From Clostridia bacterium (GTDB lineage Bacteria; Bacillota; Clostridia; Christensenellales; UBA1242), in assembly GCA_045601705.1 (NCBI GenBank), contig JAZSAE010000017.1:1-43740 (forward strand): a stretch of 43,740 nucleotides of DNA, written 5' to 3'. Within the stretch, counting starts at the first letter, position 1. Each line of letters starts with the position of its first letter. The position numbers and the translations under genes are program-made. This document shows positions 39,390 through 43,740 of the stretch, in pieces. The notes beneath the pieces are model-generated. The model saw only the letters and a program-made list of their open reading frames with translations, made no database searches and had not been told where the DNA came from.

Positions 39390-41978
39390 TTACAAAGCTT
39401 TTTTCAAAATGAATGCACCATCGTGATAGAAATTATTATTTGACAAATATGCCTTGCAATAATAATTTTCGCCGTCCGTCCAAACACTATAACCATAGAA
39501 ACTCGGTGAACCAACCCAGGTTACGCGTTCCCAGGTATGTGTTTCCAAGTTAAGTTTAGCCTGTGTGGAACCATTGGAATAATAGTAATCATCGCCATAC
39601 TGCCAAATGTATTCGCCGTAAATGTAATTGGAACCACTCCAACTCATAATTTCCCATGAATTTGTTTCGGTATCAAGTACATAGTGTTCACTGCCATTAG
39701 AATAATATATATCAACACCATCACTCCAAATATTTCTCGCATTTAAACTTTTGTTTGTTGGAACATACCAATCAAAATTCACATTTTCCCAGGTGTTATT
39801 TTCTTTTAAGATATATCGGTCTGAATAATAAGAGTAATAATAATTTTCGCCGTCCGTCCAAATACGATTACCACCAAAACTCGTTAATCCGTTCCAGGTC
39901 ATTACTTCCCAGGTGTTATTTTCTTTTAAGATATAGTGGTTTGAACCACTGGAATAATATGTGTTTGCACCGTCCGTCCAAATACATCTACCATCAAACC
40001 ACGTTAATCCGTTCCAGGTTACGCTTTCCCAGGTGTTGTTGTCTTTTAAGATATAGTGGTCTGAATTTTTGGAATAATAATAATTTTCGCCGTCCGTCCA
40101 AATATCTCTATACGAAGGGTTAAAGCTTTCACGCAAGACGAATTTATGTGCTTCCCAGGTGTTGTTTTCTTTTAAGATATATTGTTGTGAATTATATGAA
40201 TAATATGTGTTTGTGCCGTCCGTCCAAATATCTCTACCACCAAAACTCGTTAATCCGTTCCAGGTTACTTTTTCCCAGGTGTTATTTTCTTTTAAGATAT
40301 ACTGGCCTTCACCACTGGAACAATAATAATTTTCGCCGTCCGTCCAAACACTATAACCATAAAAACTCGTTAATCCGTTCCAGGTTACTTTTTCCCAGGT
40401 GTTGTTGTCTTTTAAGATATATTGGACTCCACCACTGGATTGATAATAATTTTCGCCGTCCGTCCAAATACGATTACCAACAAAACTCGTTAATCCGTTC
40501 CAGGTTACTTTTTCCCAGGTGTTGTTGTCTTTTAAGATATAGTGGCCTGAACTTTCGGAACAATAATAATTTTCGCCGTCCGTCCAAACATTATTACCAT
40601 AAAAATTCGTTACGTTCCAGGTTACTTTTTCCCAGGTGTGGTTTTCTTTTAAGATATAGTAGATTGAATCAACGGAATAATGATAATTTTCGCCATCCGT
40701 CCAAATATATTCACCACTAAAACTCGTTAATCCGTTCCAGGTCATTACTTCCCAGGTGTTGTTGTCTTTTAAGATATATTGATCGTAACCACTGGAATAA
40801 TATGTGTTTGCACCGTCCGTCCAAACATATCTACCATTAGATGGATTAACTTTGGACAAAGATACAGCATGATCTGTTTCTATTTCTTCCCAGGTATGAT
40901 TTGCTTTCAAAATATATTTCGTTGAACCATCGGAATAATAATAGTTGTCACCTTCCTGCAAAATGTTGTAACCATAAAAATTAGTTAAGCCATTCCATTG
41001 CATTGGTCGCCAAGTATTATTTTCTTTATCCAAGATGTATTGAGTATCTTCATTTGAATAATAGGTATTCACGCCATCGTTCCAAATATACATACTATCC
41101 AAACTATTTTGATCACTAAGTCGACTATAAACACAAAATGGTACTTTACTCCATGTCTGTGTGTCAATGTCTAATGAATACTGGTTACCATTGTAAGAAC
41201 AATAATATTCTCCGTCGTTAACCCAAATATTTGAGCCACTAAAACTGGTTACTTCGCCGTTCCATGTGGTTGATGTCCAGGTATTATTTGCTTTGTCCAA
41301 AACATATTGGTCACTGCCATTTGAATAATAGGTTTTATCTTCACAATTCCAAATATAATCACCATTGAAGTTGACAAAGTCACCGTCCCAAGTTTTTTCG
41401 TTCCACGTTTGTGTGGCAACATCAAGTTTATATTGGTCCGAACCAGAAGAATAGTAATATTCTACACCATCAGTCCAAACATAGTCTGAATTAAAATAGA
41501 CATTTTCCAAGCCTTTCCAAGTCATTGCTGCCCAATCACGGTCACGCATATCAACCACAAATTTAGTATTTTCTTCAACCGAAGTTGTTCGCAAACTGTC
41601 ACCTGCGCCGTTCAATTTCCAGCCATTATAAAATTGTGTAGCATTATCATCAATAACCGGCAAATTAAATTCTTTGTTCTTTTGGACAATTTGCAAACGC
41701 CAAATGGCATCGTTAACTTCATAAGTAACGATTGCTGCGTGTTCGTCTAAATTGTCAATGGTATTTTGCAAATCATCGACAATTTTATTTAACTCCTCAT
41801 TTTCGTTGGTTAACTTGTCGTTTTCGTCCGTCAAGTTTTCGTTTTCATTGGTCAACTTATCGTTACGGATTGTCAAACCACTGTTTGAGAAACCAAAACT
41901 AAGCGCAAACAATGTCGATATCGACGCTACAACGACCGAAATGAAAAGCATTAAAATTCGAAACAATTTATTATTCAT
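39390..41978 (-). CDS. Membrane-anchored surface protein: signal anchor, heptad stalk, small beta domain and 17 ~40-aa Trp/Tyr-rich repeats (probable beta-propeller/solenoid)
   Basis: SD AAGGAG. Repeat consensus WEKVTWNGLTSFxGxxIWTDGENYYxSxxxxxYILKENNT. Confidence 0.9.
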   Translation of the reverse strand: MNNKLFRILMLFISVVVASISTLFALSFGFSNSGLTIRNDKLTNENENLTDENDKLTNENEELNKIVDDLQNTIDNLDEHAAIVTYEVNDAIWRLQIVQKNKEFNLPVIDDNATQFYNGWKLNGAGDSLRTTSVEENTKFVVDMRDRDWAAMTWKGLENVYFNSDYVWTDGVEYYYSSGSDQYKLDVATQTWNEKTWDGDFVNFNGDYIWNCEDKTYYSNGSDQYVLDKANNTWTSTTWNGEVTSFSGSNIWVNDGEYYCSYNGNQYSLDIDTQTWSKVPFCVYSRLSDQNSLDSMYIWNDGVNTYYSNEDTQYILDKENNTWRPMQWNGLTNFYGYNILQEGDNYYYSDGSTKYILKANHTWEEIETDHAVSLSKVNPSNGRYVWTDGANTYYSSGYDQYILKDNNTWEVMTWNGLTSFSGEYIWTDGENYHYSVDSIYYILKENHTWEKVTWNVTNFYGNNVWTDGENYYCSESSGHYILKDNNTWEKVTWNGLTSFVGNRIWTDGENYYQSSGGVQYILKDNNTWEKVTWNGLTSFYGYSVWTDGENYYCSSGEGQYILKENNTWEKVTWNGLTSFGGRDIWTDGTNTYYSYNSQQYILKENNTWEAHKFVLRESFNPSYRDIWTDGENYYYSKNSDHYILKDNNTWESVTWNGLTWFDGRCIWTDGANTYYSSGSNHYILKENNTWEVMTWNGLTSFGGNRIWTDGENYYYSYYSDRYILKENNTWENVNFDWYVPTNKSLNARNIWSDGVDIYYSNGSEHYVLDTETNSWEIMSWSGSNYIYGEYIWQYGDDYYYSNGSTQAKLNLETHTWERVTWVGSPSFYGYSVWTDGENYYCKAYLSNNNFYHDGAFILKKAL
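39787..40825 (-). repeat. Array of about 9 near-identical ~120-bp coding tandem repeats
   Basis: Blocks TTCCCAGGTGT, TCTTTTAAGATATA, CCGTCCGTCCAAA and CGTTAATCCGTTCCAGGT recur every 117-126 bp. Confidence 0.95.
41791..41865 (-). repeat. Heptad (21-bp) coding repeats NDKLTNE/NENLTDE forming a coiled-coil stalk
   Basis: Translation reads NDKLTNENENLTDENDKLTNENEEL. Confidence 0.75.
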
Positions 41979-42032
41979 TTGTTCTCCTTTTGTATAGTCC
42001 CAGCATTAGTATGTGGCACTACTACTAAACTT

Positions 42033-42061
42033 ATAATAGAAAAAAAAAAAAAAAAAATCAA
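42033..42061 (-). promoter_or_regulatory. Promoter with a poly(T)18 spacer, candidate phase-variation switch
   Basis: Minus strand reads TTGATT-(T16 C)-TATTAT. The A18 run is at 42040-42057. Confidence 0.75.
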
Positions 42062-42091
42062 GCGATTTTCATTCATATACAAAAACACATT

Positions 42092-42122
42092 AAAAAAGTC
42101 CGCACCAACGGACTTCTTTTTT
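42092..42122. terminator. Intrinsic terminator downstream of the SPFH gene
   Basis: AAGTCCG-CACCAA-CGGACTT with A/T tails. Confidence 0.8.
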
Positions 42123-42138
42123 ATAAGTTTTTATTTTT

Positions 42139-43032
42139 TTATTTTGACTTAGTTGTCTTTTTGGTTGGTTCGGATTGGCTCAATGTTTCTTTAATCGAAG
42201 TAAACAAAGTCGCAACATTTGCTAAATCATTTGGCACGATAATTTTGGTCGCTTCGCCATTTGCCATAACTTTTAAGGCTTCGTAACCTTGCAAAGTTAA
42301 GTAAGCAGCATCAGGTTTTGCTTCCATAATTTTTTCGATTGCACACTTTTGACCTTCGGCTTCGGTAAGCAATGCGATTTTACGTGCTTCGGCTTTCAAG
42401 ATTTCAGCTTCTTTTTCACCTTCGGCAACCAAGATTTTACTACGCTTTTCACCTTCGGCTAACAAAATGTTTTCACGACGTTCACGTTCAGCACGCATTT
42501 GTTTTTCCATACTTTCTTGAATTGCGGCTGGTGGTAAAATGTTTTTCAATTCAACACGATTAACTTTAATACCCCAAGGGTCAGTTGCTGTGTCAATAAT
42601 TTCACGCATTTTGGTATTAACGGTATCACGACTGCTTAAAGTTTCGTCTAATTCCAATTCACCAACAATATTACGTAAAGTCGTTGCTGTCAAGTTTTCG
42701 ATTGCCGACATTGGACGTTCAATACCATAACTGTACAATTTTGGGTCAACAATTTGGAAGAAAACAACGCTGTCGATTTGCATCGTAACATTATCTTTAG
42801 TAATTACAGGTTGTGGACGGAAATCAGCAACTTGTTCCTTCAAAGAAATCATCGGCAATGCACGGTCAATGAAAGGCATAATAAAACGTAGTCCCGTTCC
42901 CAAAGTACGGTGGTACTTACCTAAACGTTCGACAATCACAGCAGTTCCCTGCTTGACGATACGGATTGAAAGCGCCAAAATTACGACTAAGGCAACACCA
43001 ATCACAATAATTGCAATAATCCAAGGTTCCAT
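42139..43032 (-). CDS. SPFH/band-7 stomatin-like protein (QmcA-like)
   Basis: IVERLGKY, VITKDNV, TTLRNIVG, WGIKVNRVELK and MEKQMRAERERR. Confidence 0.95.
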   Translation of the reverse strand: MEPWIIAIIVIGVALVVILALSIRIVKQGTAVIVERLGKYHRTLGTGLRFIMPFIDRALPMISLKEQVADFRPQPVITKDNVTMQIDSVVFFQIVDPKLYSYGIERPMSAIENLTATTLRNIVGELELDETLSSRDTVNTKMREIIDTATDPWGIKVNRVELKNILPPAAIQESMEKQMRAERERRENILLAEGEKRSKILVAEGEKEAEILKAEARKIALLTEAEGQKCAIEKIMEAKPDAAYLTLQGYEALKVMANGEATKIIVPNDLANVATLFTSIKETLSQSEPTKKTTKSK

Positions 43033-43072
43033 ATTTATTTTTTTTATTCTCCTTTTATTTTAATTATGTTTT

Positions 43073-43534
43073 TTATTTACTGGTTGTTTCTTTATCAGTC
43101 TTTGCCGTGTCAACTGGTTGAACAATCATCTTGTTACCTTCCACACGTTCAATTGTCACAAAATCATCTTTCTTCAATTCAGCATCGCAAACAGCAGTCC
43201 AAACGACATCATTGATTTTGATAGAAGATTTACCTTCAACAACATCGGCCAACAAACGAACTTTCTTACCAAAATATTGGTCAACATTAGTTGAAATTGC
43301 TGGCTTCTTTAAAAACTTTTTTACTAAAGGGCGTGTTCCAATAATTGCGACAATTGCCACAATGAAGAAAGTTAAAATTTGCCAAACTAATTCAACCTCA
43401 CAAGCTGCCAAAATTAAGGCAATAATTGCAGCCAACGAAAAGCAACAAGAGAAAAAATCTACCGTGAAAAATTCTAATAATAGTGTCGCAGCAATTACGA
43501 CTGACCAAATAATAATCATCATTGTTGTTGTCAT
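43073..43534 (-). CDS. Short NfeD-family protein (YbbJ-like), partner of SPFH
   Basis: TM segments with LLEF and TRPL, then an OB-fold with WTA and VEGNKMIV. Promoter TGGACA-18-TACAAT-6-ATG. Confidence 0.88.
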   Translation of the reverse strand: MTTTMMIIIWSVVIAATLLLEFFTVDFFSCCFSLAAIIALILAACEVELVWQILTFFIVAIVAIIGTRPLVKKFLKKPAISTNVDQYFGKKVRLLADVVEGKSSIKINDVVWTAVCDAELKKDDFVTIERVEGNKMIVQPVDTAKTDKETTSK

Positions 43535-43553
43535 CTTTATATTGTATCAAAAA

Positions 43554-43740
43554 TTATTTTCTTTTGTCCACTTTTTTGTCCACTTTTTTTTGCAAAGCGC
43601 TGATACGCTCACGGTACTGAATCGCTAATTCAAAGTTTAAATTCTGACTGGCAGCATTCATCAATTCCGTCAACTGTTCAATTGTCAACTCATCTTGAAC
43701 AGCCGAATTTTCGCCCTGCTCTTTTTGTGTAATATACAAA
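43554..43740 (-). CDS. uvrB: C-terminal UVR domain, probably the end of excinuclease subunit UvrB (truncated by the window edge)
   Basis: IEQLTELMNAASQNLNFELAIQYRERI matches the UvrB/UvrC motif at the very C-terminus. Confidence 0.65.
   Translation of the reverse strand, partial: LYITQKEQGENSAVQDELTIEQLTELMNAASQNLNFELAIQYRERISALQKKVDKKVDKRK

Noticed and set aside
39755-40720. Antisense ORFs of 122 and 190 aa with repeated sequence
   Set aside because: Shadows of the repeat gene with no SD or promoter. They stay open because the repeat unit happens to lack stops in that frame.
39787-40825. Constant blocks alternating with variable blocks, resembling a CRISPR array
   Set aside because: The period is a multiple of 3 within an open 862-aa ORF, the variable parts are homologous to each other, and there are no cas genes. 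It is a coding repeat.
34631-41978. Complete canonical DGR cassette
   Set aside because: No reverse transcriptase, Avd or non-coding template repeat is visible in the window, and the intergenic gaps are too short to hold one.
43561-43591. 12-bp direct repeat TTTTGTCCACTT
   Set aside because: Only two copies, encoding the low-complexity KVDK tail of the UVR-domain protein.

Overview
AT-rich, very compact chromosomal region from a spore-forming, low-GC Bacillota. The taxonomy (probably a genome-reduced Clostridia lineage) is inferred from spoIIE with Spo0A-like boxes, a gerA-type operon, cwlD, addAB and sigmaA-type promoters. Most of the window is housekeeping: gap, mnmE-mnmG, class I lysS, addBA, a U32 protein, holA, comEC, recR, secA, ABC-F, an RND pump, nfeD/SPFH and the probable uvrB end. 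A CfrBI-like type II restriction-modification pair sits at the left edge. I saw no rRNA, tRNA, CRISPR array, transposase or reverse transcriptase. Main observations: (1) A membrane-anchored surface protein (39390-41978) has 17 ~40-aa repeats. Its central 120-bp units share near-invariant scaffold DNA but carry hypervariable NNT/NNC codons and apparent gene-conversion mosaics, and an 18-nt homopolymer fills its promoter spacer. Together these suggest a phase-variable, diversifying receptor or adhesin. (2) About 15 transcription-unit-leading genes have a -10 box (usually with a -35 box at 16-18 bp) ending 5-9 nt before the start codon and no Shine-Dalgarno (SD), which suggests pervasive leaderless translation. 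(3) Both nucleotide-binding domains of a heterodimeric ABC exporter pair have lost their catalytic motifs. (4) The germination receptor, ComEC, AddAB and RND proteins are miniaturised.
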